A stretch of DNA of 32,000 nucleotides from contig NC_004459.3 of the NCBI RefSeq assembly GCF_000039765.1, positions 1,590,001-1,622,000 on the forward strand, written 5' to 3'. The position numbers and the translations under genes were made by a program. Source of the DNA: Vibrio vulnificus CMCP6 (GTDB lineage: Bacteria > Pseudomonadota > Gammaproteobacteria > Enterobacterales > Vibrionaceae). Positions 16,558 through 26,158 of this stretch are shown piece by piece; within the stretch, counting starts at the first letter, position 1; each line of letters begins with the position of its first letter. The notes below the pieces were generated by a model. That model was given only the letters and a program-made list of their open reading frames with translations. It was not told the DNA's origin and made no database searches.

Positions 16558-18228
16558 ATGTTTGGAGATCGTTTTAACGATATCAATCTGAAAGGGGATC
16601 TGTTTGGTGGGGTCACCACAGCCATTATTTCTCTGCCACTGGCATTAGCATTTGGAGTGGCCTCTGGCGCTGGGGCTGAAGCCGGTTTGTGGGGAGCGAT
16701 TTTAGTCGGTTTATTTGCAGCGTTATTTGGTGGTTCATCTACCCTGATTTCTGAACCGACCGGACCAATGACGGTGATCATGACCGCGGTATTAACCAGC
16801 ATGGTGGCGAAATACCCAGAATCTGGCATTGCCATCAGTTTTACCATCGTCATGATGGCTGGTGCCTTTCAGGTATTGATAGGCACATTGAAGTTAGGCA
16901 AATACATTACCCTAATGCCGTATAGCGTGGTGTCGGGTTTTATGTCTGGCATCGGCGTGATACTGATCATTTTGCAACTGTCCCCGTTACTTGGCCATGC
17001 TGCGCCTGCCGGTGGGGTTCTTGGCACACTTTCTGCGTTGCCTGAGACTATTTCCAACATGAAGTTTAGTGAGTTTTTCCTTGGCTTACTGACGTTGGGC
17101 ATTCTGTTCTTTTTCCCTAAACAGTACCGCAAATATGTTCCTGCGCAATTGGTCGCGTTGGTGGCGGTCACGCTGCTTTCTGTCATCATTTTTGATTTTG
17201 ACGATGTGCGCCGAATTGGCGAAATTCCAACGGGCCTACCTTCTCTTGTCGTGCCTGTGATTAATGGTGAAATCTTCACTGCGATGGTGATTGATGCTTT
17301 GGTGCTGGGCACGCTCGGTTGTATTGATACCTTATTGACGGCCGTGATTGGTGACTCTCTGACGCGTAAAGAGCATGATTCAGATAAAGAGCTGCGCGGG
17401 CAAGGTTTGGCGAACATGATCTCGGGTCTGTTTGGTGCGCTGCCTGGTGCGGGCGCGACCATGGGCACAGTGACTAATATTCAAGTGGGGGCGCGTTCTC
17501 CGTTATCTGGCGTGATTCGCGCCTTGATTCTGGCGCTGGTTGTTCTGGTCGCGAGCGGATTGACCGAGCCTATCCCAATGGCAGTTTTGGCGGGGATTGC
17601 GGTGTACGTCGGTTTCGGCATTTTGGACTGGAGCTTCATTCAACGCGCGCACCGCGTGAGCGTGCAAGGCATGGCGATCATGTATGGCGTGATGTTGCTG
17701 ACGGTGTTTGTTGATCTGATTGTGGCGGGGGGGCTAGGTGTCTTCATTTCCAATATCCTTATTATCGAGCGCCTCAGTCGCGTGCAAGCCAAGCAAGTGA
17801 AAGCAATCAGTGACGCGGATGAAAACGATGTGCCACTGACGGACAGCGAGCGTGGCTTGCTTGATCGTGCTAATGGCAAAGTGCTGTTTTTTTACCTCTC
17901 TGGCCCGATGATTTTCAGTGTCTCGAAAGCGATCTCGCGTCAGCACAGCAGCATTGCCGATTACGAAGCGATGATTCTCGATCTGACCGACGTGCCGATG
18001 ATTGATGTCACCGTTGGCCTCGCATTAGAAAACGCCATTAAAGATGCGCAAGAAGCTCAATGCGATGTCTACTTACTCTGCCCGAATGAGCGAGTTCGTG
18101 AGCAGCTTGAAAAGTTCCACGTGCTGGATTTGGTGCCGGATGAAAATACCTTTAAATTCCGCTATGAAGCACTCAACGCTGCGGTGAATAAAGTTGAGCA
18201 AGATGAGCACCAAGGCGCGTTTGTTTAA
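16558..18228 (+). CDS. SulP-family anion transporter with C-terminal STAS domain
   Basis: About 556 aa with multiple TM helices, the SulP signature region (GLANMISGLFGALPGAGATMGT) and a C-terminal STAS fold (VLFFYLSGPMIF...ILDLTDVPMIDVT). The track start 16555 is a GTG. The ATG at 16558 has a GGGAG RBS about 8 nt upstream. Confidence 0.92.
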   Translation: MFGDRFNDINLKGDLFGGVTTAIISLPLALAFGVASGAGAEAGLWGAILVGLFAALFGGSSTLISEPTGPMTVIMTAVLTSMVAKYPESGIAISFTIVMMAGAFQVLIGTLKLGKYITLMPYSVVSGFMSGIGVILIILQLSPLLGHAAPAGGVLGTLSALPETISNMKFSEFFLGLLTLGILFFFPKQYRKYVPAQLVALVAVTLLSVIIFDFDDVRRIGEIPTGLPSLVVPVINGEIFTAMVIDALVLGTLGCIDTLLTAVIGDSLTRKEHDSDKELRGQGLANMISGLFGALPGAGATMGTVTNIQVGARSPLSGVIRALILALVVLVASGLTEPIPMAVLAGIAVYVGFGILDWSFIQRAHRVSVQGMAIMYGVMLLTVFVDLIVAGGLGVFISNILIIERLSRVQAKQVKAISDADENDVPLTDSERGLLDRANGKVLFFYLSGPMIFSVSKAISRQHSSIADYEAMILDLTDVPMIDVTVGLALENAIKDAQEAQCDVYLLCPNERVREQLEKFHVLDLVPDENTFKFRYEALNAAVNKVEQDEHQGAFV

Positions 18229-18255
18229 GCGTGTAAATCGGTGAATGAGTCGTAG

Positions 18256-18288
18256 AAAAACGCAGAGGTCTTCCTCTGCGTTTTTATT
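18256..18288 (+). terminator. rho-independent terminator of the SulP gene
   Basis: AAAAACGCAGAGG/CCTCTGCGTTTTT stem with a 4-nt loop and a T-run. Confidence 0.88.
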
Positions 18289-18394
18289 ATCCGTGCGGGC
18301 AGTTTTTTATGATTAATTGCTAATGTAGGGTTGAAAAATCGCCACTAAAGCGTCATTTGATAGGCATCATAGAGAAAAAGAGCAATACAACATT

Positions 18395-19318
18395 ATGTAT
18401 GCATTACAAATTGAGCAGCTACGAAAAACGTATGCTGGAGGCTTCGAGGCGCTAAAAGGCATCAGTTTAGGCGTACAAGAAGGGGATTTTTATGCGCTGC
18501 TGGGGCCAAATGGCGCGGGGAAATCCACCACAATAGGCGTGATTTCTTCTCTGGTGAACAAAACATCGGGCAACGTCAAAGTTTTTGGTTACGACATTGA
18601 TCGCGATTTGGAGTTGGCAAAGCAGCATCTTGGCTTGGTACCACAAGAGTTTAACTTCAACCAGTTTGAAACCGTGGAGCAGATCGTGTTGCAGCAGGCG
18701 GGTTATTACGGTGTGTCGCGTGAACTCGCCAAGCAACGAGCAGAGAAGTATCTGACTAAGCTCGATTTGTGGGAAAAGCGCAAAGAGCGAGCAAGAAATC
18801 TTTCTGGTGGGATGAAGCGTCGTCTGATGATCGCACGTGCTCTGATGCATGAACCTAAACTGCTGATTTTAGATGAGCCAACGGCGGGTGTTGATATCGA
18901 GCTGCGTCGTTCAATGTGGGAGTTTCTCAAAGAGATCAATCAAAAGCAGGGCATTACCATCATTTTGACCACTCACTATTTGGAAGAGGCTGAAATGCTG
19001 TGCCGCAATATCGGCATCATCAACCGAGGTGAGTTAATTGAAAACACCACGATGAAGTCTTTGCTGGCTAAGTTAGATGTGGAAACGTTCATTTTGGATC
19101 TTGCCCCAAATTCGCCGATGCCTTGTTTGGAAGGTGTGGTCTCATCTCGTGTTGAAAATGATTCTTTGGAGATTGAAGTGGAGAAAACCCAGCCGTTAAA
19201 CCATGTGTTCAGTCAGTTGAGTGAGCAGGGGGTAATGGTCATGTCGATGCGCAATAAAGCCAATCGCTTAGAAGAGCTGTTTGTGAACATCGTGCGTGAA
19301 CAGGTGAAGGAGAAGTAA
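18395..19318 (+). CDS. yadG: ABC-2 type transporter, ATP-binding subunit (YadG-like)
   Basis: Walker A GPNGAGKST, signature LSGGMKRR, Walker B LLILDEPTAGVD and H-loop. It pairs with the downstream permease, with a 1-nt gap. Confidence 0.9.
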   Translation: MYALQIEQLRKTYAGGFEALKGISLGVQEGDFYALLGPNGAGKSTTIGVISSLVNKTSGNVKVFGYDIDRDLELAKQHLGLVPQEFNFNQFETVEQIVLQQAGYYGVSRELAKQRAEKYLTKLDLWEKRKERARNLSGGMKRRLMIARALMHEPKLLILDEPTAGVDIELRRSMWEFLKEINQKQGITIILTTHYLEEAEMLCRNIGIINRGELIENTTMKSLLAKLDVETFILDLAPNSPMPCLEGVVSSRVENDSLEIEVEKTQPLNHVFSQLSEQGVMVMSMRNKANRLEELFVNIVREQVKEK

Positions 19319-19319
19319 T

Positions 19320-20090
19320 ATGTATCGTCTTTATTGGACGGCTTTTTGTAGCCTGTTAACCAAAGAGATTAACCGCTTTACTCGTATTTGGGTACAAACC
19401 TTGGTCCCGCCTGCGATCACGATGACGCTTTATTTTATTATTTTCGGGAGCTTGATTGGTTCGCGGATTGGTGAAATGAACGGTTTCAGTTACATGGAAT
19501 ATATCGTACCTGGTTTGATCATGATGTCGGTGATTACTAACTCTTATTCCAACGTCGCTTCATCATTCTTTAGTGCCAAATTTCAGCGTAATATCGAAGA
19601 GTTGCTAGTGGCACCCGTGCCAAATTACGTGATTATTTTGGGTTTTGTCATGGGCGGTGTCGCTCGTGGTTTGCTAGTGGGCGCCATGGTTACCATGGTC
19701 TCTTTGCTGTTCGTTGATTTGCAAGTTGAGCATTGGGGAATCATCATTGCGACGGTCTTTTTGACGTCGGTGGTCTTTTCGTTAGGTGGTTTGATCAACG
19801 CTGTTTTTGCCCGAACGTTTGACGATATTTCGATTATCCCTACGTTTGTGCTCACGCCATTGACCTATCTTGGCGGTGTTTTCTACTCCATTCAGTTATT
19901 GCCAGAGTTTTGGCAAGGGGTGTCGCAGATCAACCCGATTGTCTATATGGTTAACGCGTTTCGTTATGGTTTCCTTGGTGTTTCTGACGTGGGGATCGCT
20001 ACATCGTTTACGGTGCTAAGTGCGTTTGTTGTCTTACTTTATGGCGTGGCGCACTACTTAGTGACACGTGGTATCGGCTTGCGTTCTTAA
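19320..20090 (+). CDS. yadH: ABC-2 type transporter, permease subunit (YadH-like)
   Basis: 256-aa six-TM ABC-2 permease. The start ATG follows immediately after the ATPase stop (TAATATG). Confidence 0.9.
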   Translation: MYRLYWTAFCSLLTKEINRFTRIWVQTLVPPAITMTLYFIIFGSLIGSRIGEMNGFSYMEYIVPGLIMMSVITNSYSNVASSFFSAKFQRNIEELLVAPVPNYVIILGFVMGGVARGLLVGAMVTMVSLLFVDLQVEHWGIIIATVFLTSVVFSLGGLINAVFARTFDDISIIPTFVLTPLTYLGGVFYSIQLLPEFWQGVSQINPIVYMVNAFRYGFLGVSDVGIATSFTVLSAFVVLLYGVAHYLVTRGIGLRS

Positions 20091-20121
20091 CGAAAACGAA
20101 TGTTCAGTTCACAGATAGCAA

Positions 20122-20148
20122 AAAGGGATTGCCGATGGCAATCCCTTT
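20122..20148. terminator. bidirectional terminator between the convergent ABC permease and panC
   Basis: AAAGGGATTGCC/GGCAATCCCTTT 12-bp stem with a 3-nt loop, an A-run upstream and TATTCTTT downstream. Confidence 0.8.
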
Positions 20149-20187
20149 ATTCTTTGTACGGGAAGTGTTTAGGTCAGTAATGAGACA

Positions 20188-21093
20188 TCAGTGACTGTTT
20201 TCACTTTCTGACTCGGCGCTGTCGACTTCTTCTTTGCTGTCTTTCACCAACTCAACCACTTGATTGTCGATCAGGCGAGCTTTGCCCAAGAAAGCGGACA
20301 TCAGAATAACGGCTTGCGTGCTCTCCGCGTTGACCACTTGTAGAGTACGTGCATCACGGATGAAAATTTCATCTGGGTGCAAGCCTGCGGCGCGCAATTG
20401 ATCGCTGGCGTCTTCGATGATCGAAGCAAAGTCGTCACGGCCACCACGGATAGCACTGCTGATCCAACGCATGGTACGAGCCAAGACAGGCGCACGTTGG
20501 CGCTCATCAATGGTCAATAAGCCATTGCGAGAGCTCATGGCAAGGCCATCCATTTCACGCACGGTAGGAACACCAATAATCTCAATGTCCATTGCCAAAT
20601 CGGTGGTCATTTTGCGAATGATAGCAAGCTGTTGGAAATCTTTTTCACCAAAGCAAGCCACATCCGGCTGAACAATGTTAAATAGCTTAGTAACCACTGT
20701 CGCAACGCCGCGGAAATGGCCTGGGCGCGATGCCCCTTCCAGCATGGTTGATAAGCCGGGGACTTCAACGAGAGTCTGCTTATCCAAGCCTTCTGGGTAG
20801 ATCATTTCAGGTGTTGGAGTAAAGACCAGTTCAACCGCTTCACCGTTGAGTTTACTGAGATCGTCTTCCAAGGTTCTTGGATAATTATTTAAATCGTCAG
20901 CGCGATCAAACTGCATTGGGTTGACAAAAATACTGACGACCACGATATCAGCGTGCTCACGTGCTTTGCGCACGAGCGTTAAGTGGCCTTCATGTAAATT
21001 GCCCATGGTTGGAACAAAAGCAATTCGACGTCCTTCGCGTTTGAACGTTTTGATCTGTTCACGAAGGGCTGAAATTTCGGCAAAGGTTTGCAT
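20188..21093 (-). CDS. panC: pantoate--beta-alanine ligase
   Basis: 301 aa with [13 protein letters not shown] (HIGH-like), IFVNPMQF and the GEKDFQQ motifs. It carries an extra acidic C-terminal tail of about 18 aa. Confidence 0.96.
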   Translation of the reverse strand: MQTFAEISALREQIKTFKREGRRIAFVPTMGNLHEGHLTLVRKAREHADIVVVSIFVNPMQFDRADDLNNYPRTLEDDLSKLNGEAVELVFTPTPEMIYPEGLDKQTLVEVPGLSTMLEGASRPGHFRGVATVVTKLFNIVQPDVACFGEKDFQQLAIIRKMTTDLAMDIEIIGVPTVREMDGLAMSSRNGLLTIDERQRAPVLARTMRWISSAIRGGRDDFASIIEDASDQLRAAGLHPDEIFIRDARTLQVVNAESTQAVILMSAFLGKARLIDNQVVELVKDSKEEVDSAESESENSH

Positions 21094-21105
21094 CTACATT
21101 ATCCT

Positions 21106-21900
21106 CTAAGCAATGGTGTGCGCTTCATCAGGGAAGGTGCCTGCTTGTACTTGTTCCATGTACAGCGCCACGGCTTTGCGCATATCTCCTGTTTCTGCCA
21201 GGAAATTTTTCGAGAATTTTGGCATGTAATTGGCTGAAATACCAAACATATCGTGCATCACGAGGATTTGGCCATCGGTGACATTTCCAGCGCCAATACC
21301 AATCACGGGTACATCCAGCACTTGAGTAATTCGTGCTGCTAGCTCAGCAGGTACACACTCAAGTAGAACGATTTGTGCGCCTGCCGCTTGCAACGCCAGT
21401 GCATCTTTGACCATGCGATCGGCTTTTTCCTGATCGCGGCCTTGCACTTTGTAACCACCAAAAATATTAACGGATTGTGGTGTTAAACCGAGGTGGGCAC
21501 ACACTGGAACCGCACGCTCTGTGAGCATTTTTACCGTATCAACCAGCCAATCGCCACCTTCGATTTTGACCATGTTGGCGCCCGCTCGCATTAATTGCGC
21601 CGCGTTTTCACAGGCTTGCTCTGGTGTGGCGTAACTCATAAATGGCATATCCGCCATCAATAGACAATTTGGGCTACCCGCACGAACACAGCGTGTGTGG
21701 TAAGCAATGTCTTCAACAGTCACTGGAAGCGTGTCATTTTTGCCTTGCAACACCATACCAAGAGAGTCGCCGACCAGTAACACTGGCATTTCTTGGCTCT
21801 CAAAAAGTTGCGCAAAACTTGCATCGTATGCTGTTGAAGTCGCAAATTTACGACCTTCCTGCTTCCACTTAATCAGGTCATTAATGGTGATTTTTTTCAT
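21106..21900 (-). CDS. panB: 3-methyl-2-oxobutanoate hydroxymethyltransferase
   Basis: 264 aa with the typical KPHMT motifs ([28 protein letters not shown]). Confidence 0.96.
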
Positions 21901-21923
21901 GATTTTTCCTTACCAGGATTTGG

Positions 21924-22409
21924 CTATGAATGCCAAATGCCGAGGCCATTCTTATCCACTATTGTGAGAAGTTGAGATAGCTCGGTCCCATCAGGGAGGG
22001 TTAAATTTGGTGCGATTTCAGCGAGCGGGTAGAGCACGAACTCGCGCTCCTTCATTCCGTAGTGAGGAATGGTCAATCGCTCGGAGTCGATCACCTCATC
22101 GCCGTAAAGAATAATATCTAAATCGAGGGTTCTTGGGCCCCAACGTTCTTCTTTACGGACACGCCCTTGTTCCAGTTCAATGGCTTGAGTGCAATCGAGC
22201 AGTTCCAACGGCGTTAATTCGGTTTCTATAGCAGCGACCGCATTGATGTAGTCTGGCTGATCTTGCGGGCCCATCGGGGAGCTGCTGTAGAGCTGTGAAG
22301 CGACAAGAAGGCGCGATTTTGGCAGCGTTTTTAGTGCATCAATGGCGCTCTTGGCTTGGCTAACAGGATCGGCAAGATTACTGCCAATGGCAATATAGGC
22401 AGTAATCAT
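21924..22409 (-). CDS. folK: 2-amino-4-hydroxy-6-hydroxymethyldihydropteridine diphosphokinase
   Basis: 161 aa of the HPPK family (AYIAIGSNL, RWGPRTLDLDIL). The start overlaps the pcnB stop by 4 nt (ATGA), the same pcnB-folK order as E. coli. Confidence 0.95.
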   Translation of the reverse strand: MITAYIAIGSNLADPVSQAKSAIDALKTLPKSRLLVASQLYSSSPMGPQDQPDYINAVAAIETELTPLELLDCTQAIELEQGRVRKEERWGPRTLDLDIILYGDEVIDSERLTIPHYGMKEREFVLYPLAEIAPNLTLPDGTELSQLLTIVDKNGLGIWHS

Positions 22410-23797
22410 GATTTGGCTTTGCTCTTTTTCTTATTAAAAGAACGACGCTTACGGCCGGATTTTGAACTGCCAGCAGGGCCTTCGAGATCGTTTACCATCG
22501 CTAGGCGCATTTCACGACCTGCATTTTGGAACGTGCCCCACCACTTGGCCAATGTTGCCGTTTCACCGCCTTCGATCTCTCCTCGCATTTCTAGGAAGTC
22601 AAAACCAGCACGGAATTTGTTGAGTTCCATTAGGCGGAAAGCACGTTTACCGTTGCGACGAGGTAGACGCAGTTGCAGTTGCCAAATTTCACGGATGGTC
22701 GCGGTGTGGCGGCGCGGAATAGCTATCGAGCGCACCTGTTCATCAAGGATCAGGTTGCTCGCTTCCATGACGGCGTCGTAGTGACACAAATTGTGGCTAT
22801 CCATCAATTTGTCTGCCAGCTCAAGCAGCGGATACCACAGCATAGCCGCAAACATGTAAGCGGGATTAATGCGCTTGCCTTCTTCGACACGAATGTCAGT
22901 GGAATCTAAGACTAAGTCCAACATCTGCTCAGCTTTGGAAGAGTAATCCTCGGTGAAATAAGCTGAGATCGCTGGGAACATTTGTTGGAATAGATTGTAT
23001 TCACGCATGAGGTGATACGTTTCCAAGCCATGGCCCGATTGCAGTAGCTTAAGCGATTCTTCGTATAAACGCGCGGCAGGGATGTCTCTTAACAAGTACG
23101 CCATCTCTTCAATCGGTGCGGCCGTGTCTTCTTCGATATCGAAGTCGAGCTTGGCGGCAAATCGAATCGCGCGAAGCATACGTACAGGATCTTCACGATA
23201 GCGAGTCTCAGGATCGCCAATTAAGCGTACTAAGCGATCTTCAAGGTCTTCAACACCACCTGCATAATCATGGATCGAGTAATCTGCAATGTTGTAGTAC
23301 ATCGCATTGATGGTGAAGTCACGTCGTTCAGCATCTTCATCAATGGTGCCATACACGTTATCACGCAACAGCATGCCTTCTTTTGACTGCTGGGAGATCT
23401 GCGAATTGGCATCTTGGTGGTGTCCACGGAACGTGGCCACTTCAATGATTTCGCGACCAAACATGATATGCGCTAGTCGAAAGCGGCGACCAATCAGGCG
23501 GCAGTTACGGAATAACTGCTTTAGCTGCTCAGGTGTCGCGTTGGTTGCAATATCAAAATCTTTTGGGCTTTGTCCCAGCAGTAAATCACGTACGCCACCG
23601 CCAACAAGATAAGCGTCGAAGCCGGCACCATGAAGTCGGTACAGTACTTTTAGCGCATGGTCGCTAATCTGCTTGCGCGAAATATTGTGCTCTTGACGAG
23701 TAATGACATTTAAAGCGAGTTCCGGACACGTGGTGGAATCGCATGTTGTATATTCGTTTTTATTCATGTGCATCTGGCAACAGTGAATGATCATCAC
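22406..23797 (-). CDS. pcnB: poly(A) polymerase I
   Basis: Collinear with E. coli PcnB (LVGGGVRDLLLG..PKDFD, RLIGRRFRLAHIMFG). The basic C-terminal tail is also typical. The start is uncertain: there are several ATGs in the first 11 codons, none has a clear RBS, and E. coli pcnB uses a non-canonical start. Confidence 0.9.
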   Translation of the reverse strand: MMIIHCCQMHMNKNEYTTCDSTTCPELALNVITRQEHNISRKQISDHALKVLYRLHGAGFDAYLVGGGVRDLLLGQSPKDFDIATNATPEQLKQLFRNCRLIGRRFRLAHIMFGREIIEVATFRGHHQDANSQISQQSKEGMLLRDNVYGTIDEDAERRDFTINAMYYNIADYSIHDYAGGVEDLEDRLVRLIGDPETRYREDPVRMLRAIRFAAKLDFDIEEDTAAPIEEMAYLLRDIPAARLYEESLKLLQSGHGLETYHLMREYNLFQQMFPAISAYFTEDYSSKAEQMLDLVLDSTDIRVEEGKRINPAYMFAAMLWYPLLELADKLMDSHNLCHYDAVMEASNLILDEQVRSIAIPRRHTATIREIWQLQLRLPRRNGKRAFRLMELNKFRAGFDFLEMRGEIEGGETATLAKWWGTFQNAGREMRLAMVNDLEGPAGSSKSGRKRRSFNKKKSKAKS

Positions 23798-23852
23798 TTT
23801 GCATGGGTTAGTTTTTACGCCGATTTGGCCTGAATTTGCGCCCTATAATAGC

Positions 23853-24743
23853 TCACGCCGTGCCATTTGAGAATCGCGCCGTGATTTCTAGCGATTCGGG
23901 CAACTGATTTAAGCGCCAATTTTGTACACCCCAATGCAGAATTTCATCCAAATTGGCCTGATGAAGTTCTTTGGGAATGGCAAAACCTAGAAACGCCATC
24001 GCTTCAAGAATCATAGAGGCTGGATGTGTCAAATCAATGCCAGTGGCATGATTTTGTTTGGAGAGTTTGTTGCCATTTTTATCCATTGCCAGTGGCAAGT
24101 GCAAATATCGGACAGGAACTTGACCAAGCATGCGGTATAAGCTGATTTGACGACCGGTTGGTTCGATTAAATCAGCGCCACGCACCACTTCGGTCACACC
24201 CTGATCGATATCGTCCAATACCACTGCAAGATTATAGGCAAACAAACCATCACGGCGCTTGATGATGAAATCTTCTTGCGCGAGTTCGAGAGGAATGTGC
24301 ATCTGCCCATGACGAAGATCGTCAAAATGAGTGATTGGCTGCGTCATTTTGAGACGAATAGCCCCTGCATCCAAATGCAATTCTTGGCAATGGCCGTTGT
24401 AATAGCCACCCATTTCTTTGATCTGCTTGCGACTGCACTGGCAGTAATAGGCTTGGCCACTTTGCAGCCAGTGGTCAATTTGCGCTTGATAGAGGTGATG
24501 ACGCTGGCTTTGGTAAACCACTTCACCATCCCAAAATAAGTGATAAGTTTCGAGCGTTTTTAAAATCAAATCCGCCGCCCCCGGCATTTCTCGAGGCGGA
24601 TCGAGATCTTCAATGCGCACTAACCACTGACCATGTTGAGATTTGGCTTGAAAGTAGCTGCCTAAAGCAGCAATCAAAGAGCCAAAATGCAATGGGCCTG
24701 ATGGGGAAGGGGCAAAACGACCGATGTAGCTCATGGATGTCAT
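23853..24743 (-). CDS. gluQ: glutamyl-Q tRNA(Asp) synthetase
   Basis: [23 protein letters not shown] aligns residue-for-residue with the E. coli GluQ N-terminus ([23 protein letters not shown]). The track start 24764 lies inside the dksA terminator hairpin. The alternative ATG is at 24734. Confidence 0.92.
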   Translation of the reverse strand: [296 protein letters not shown]

Positions 24744-24744
24744 C

Positions 24745-24772
24745 TCAAAACAAAAAGGGAGCATCAGCTCCC
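24745..24772 (-). terminator. rho-independent terminator between dksA and gluQ
   Basis: On the minus strand, GGGAGC-TGAT-GCTCCC is followed by TTTTTGTTTTG and ends 2 nt before the gluQ ATG. Confidence 0.8.
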
Positions 24773-24796
24773 TTAATCATGTTAGGCAGGTTATTC

Positions 24797-25243
24797 TTAA
24801 CCTTGCATTTGCTTCTCTTTGATCTCTGCAAGCGTTTTACAGTCGATACAAAGATCGGCAGTTGGGCGTGCTTCTAAACGGCGAATGCCGATTTCCACAC
24901 CACAAGATTCACAGAAACCGAAATCATCATCTTTGATTTTATCCAGCGTCTTCTCAATTTTCTTGATCAGGCGGCGCTCGCGGTCACGGTTACGCAGTTC
25001 TAGGCTGAATTCTTCTTCTTGAGAGGCACGGTCAACTGGGTCAGGAAAATTCGCCGCTTCGTCCTGCATGTGGTGAACAGTACGGTCAACTTCTTCCCTA
25101 AGCTGATTACGCCAAGCTTCTAAAATCTTTCTAAAGTGAGCCACTTGGTCTGGTGACATGTATTCTTCACCAGCTTTTTCCTGATATGGCTCCACACCTG
25201 CAATGGCTAGGATGCCTAGCGTTTTTTTCTTCGATTCTGGCAT
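24797..25243 (-). CDS. dksA: RNA polymerase-binding transcription factor DksA
   Basis: 148 aa with the coiled-coil tip DxxDxA ([12 protein letters not shown]) and the C4 zinc finger CESCG...CIDC. Confidence 0.97.
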   Translation of the reverse strand: MPESKKKTLGILAIAGVEPYQEKAGEEYMSPDQVAHFRKILEAWRNQLREEVDRTVHHMQDEAANFPDPVDRASQEEEFSLELRNRDRERRLIKKIEKTLDKIKDDDFGFCESCGVEIGIRRLEARPTADLCIDCKTLAEIKEKQMQG

Positions 25244-25375
25244 ACAGCATCTCCTACTTACACCTAGTCAACTGCTAAGCAGCTAATTTAAGGCGGGTAT
25301 CTATAGCAGAAAGAGGCGGTGCTGGCAAACTATCAATCGTAAACTTAACGTCAATGTGAAGACCACATCATTTTT

Positions 25376-26092
25376 CTAGCTATTGTTAAACGCAATAGCA
25401 GAATTGAGTTTGATTTCAGTATTGCTGATCTCTGCTTTATAGCAGAGGACTTCAACTCCGGCTTTTTGTGCTTGTTTGAGTAATTGGGAATATTTGGCGT
25501 CTATATGGAGCGCCGCAGCAACTTTTTCAATACCTGAATGTAAAACAGCAAATAAAAGTATGGCTCTACTTCCATTTTGTGCCATTTCTGTGAGCTCTCG
25601 CAGGTGTTTTTGTCCACGGGTGGTCACTGCATCAGGAAAGAAGCCTTGTCCAGGCTCGGTGTCATCTAGCAAGGTGACACTCTTTACTTCTATATAGCAC
25701 GCTGGTCGGTCGCTTGCGCTGAGCAAGATATCAATTCGACTATTTTCATGACCATATTTCACTTCAGTTTGAAGTCGCTCATACCCTGAGAGCTCTTTAA
25801 TCCAGCCTTGCTCAATGGCTTCCACCGCGAGTTGGTTGGCGCGAATGGTATTGACACAGATAAGATGACCCTGCTCCGTTTCTGTAATTTCCCAACTGTG
25901 GGGGTATTTTCGTTTGGTGTTGTTGGAAGTGGAATACCACACTTTATCACCAGGGGTTGCGCAACCAGTCATAGCGCCGGTATTGGCACAATGAATCGTG
26001 CCTGTATCGCCGCTTTGATAGGTCACATCGGCGAGAAAGCGTTTATAGCGTTTTTGTAATAGGGCGCAATCTAGCGCGGGTTCGAAATGCAT
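25376..26092 (-). CDS. sfsA: sugar fermentation stimulation protein A (SfsA nuclease-like DNA-binding protein)
   Basis: 238 aa collinear with E. coli SfsA ([44 protein letters not shown]). Confidence 0.94.
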   Translation of the reverse strand: MHFEPALDCALLQKRYKRFLADVTYQSGDTGTIHCANTGAMTGCATPGDKVWYSTSNNTKRKYPHSWEITETEQGHLICVNTIRANQLAVEAIEQGWIKELSGYERLQTEVKYGHENSRIDILLSASDRPACYIEVKSVTLLDDTEPGQGFFPDAVTTRGQKHLRELTEMAQNGSRAILLFAVLHSGIEKVAAALHIDAKYSQLLKQAQKAGVEVLCYKAEISNTEIKLNSAIAFNNS

Positions 26093-26158
26093 TTGCTTAT
26101 TTAGACGAGTGGGTTTTTATGTACAATGTGGCCGCCATTTAAGCATAAGGACTCAACA

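Noticed and set aside
16869-17468. 199-aa minus-strand ORF inside the SulP gene
   Set aside because: It is an antisense shadow of a confidently assigned membrane-protein gene. It has no recognisable motifs and no start context.
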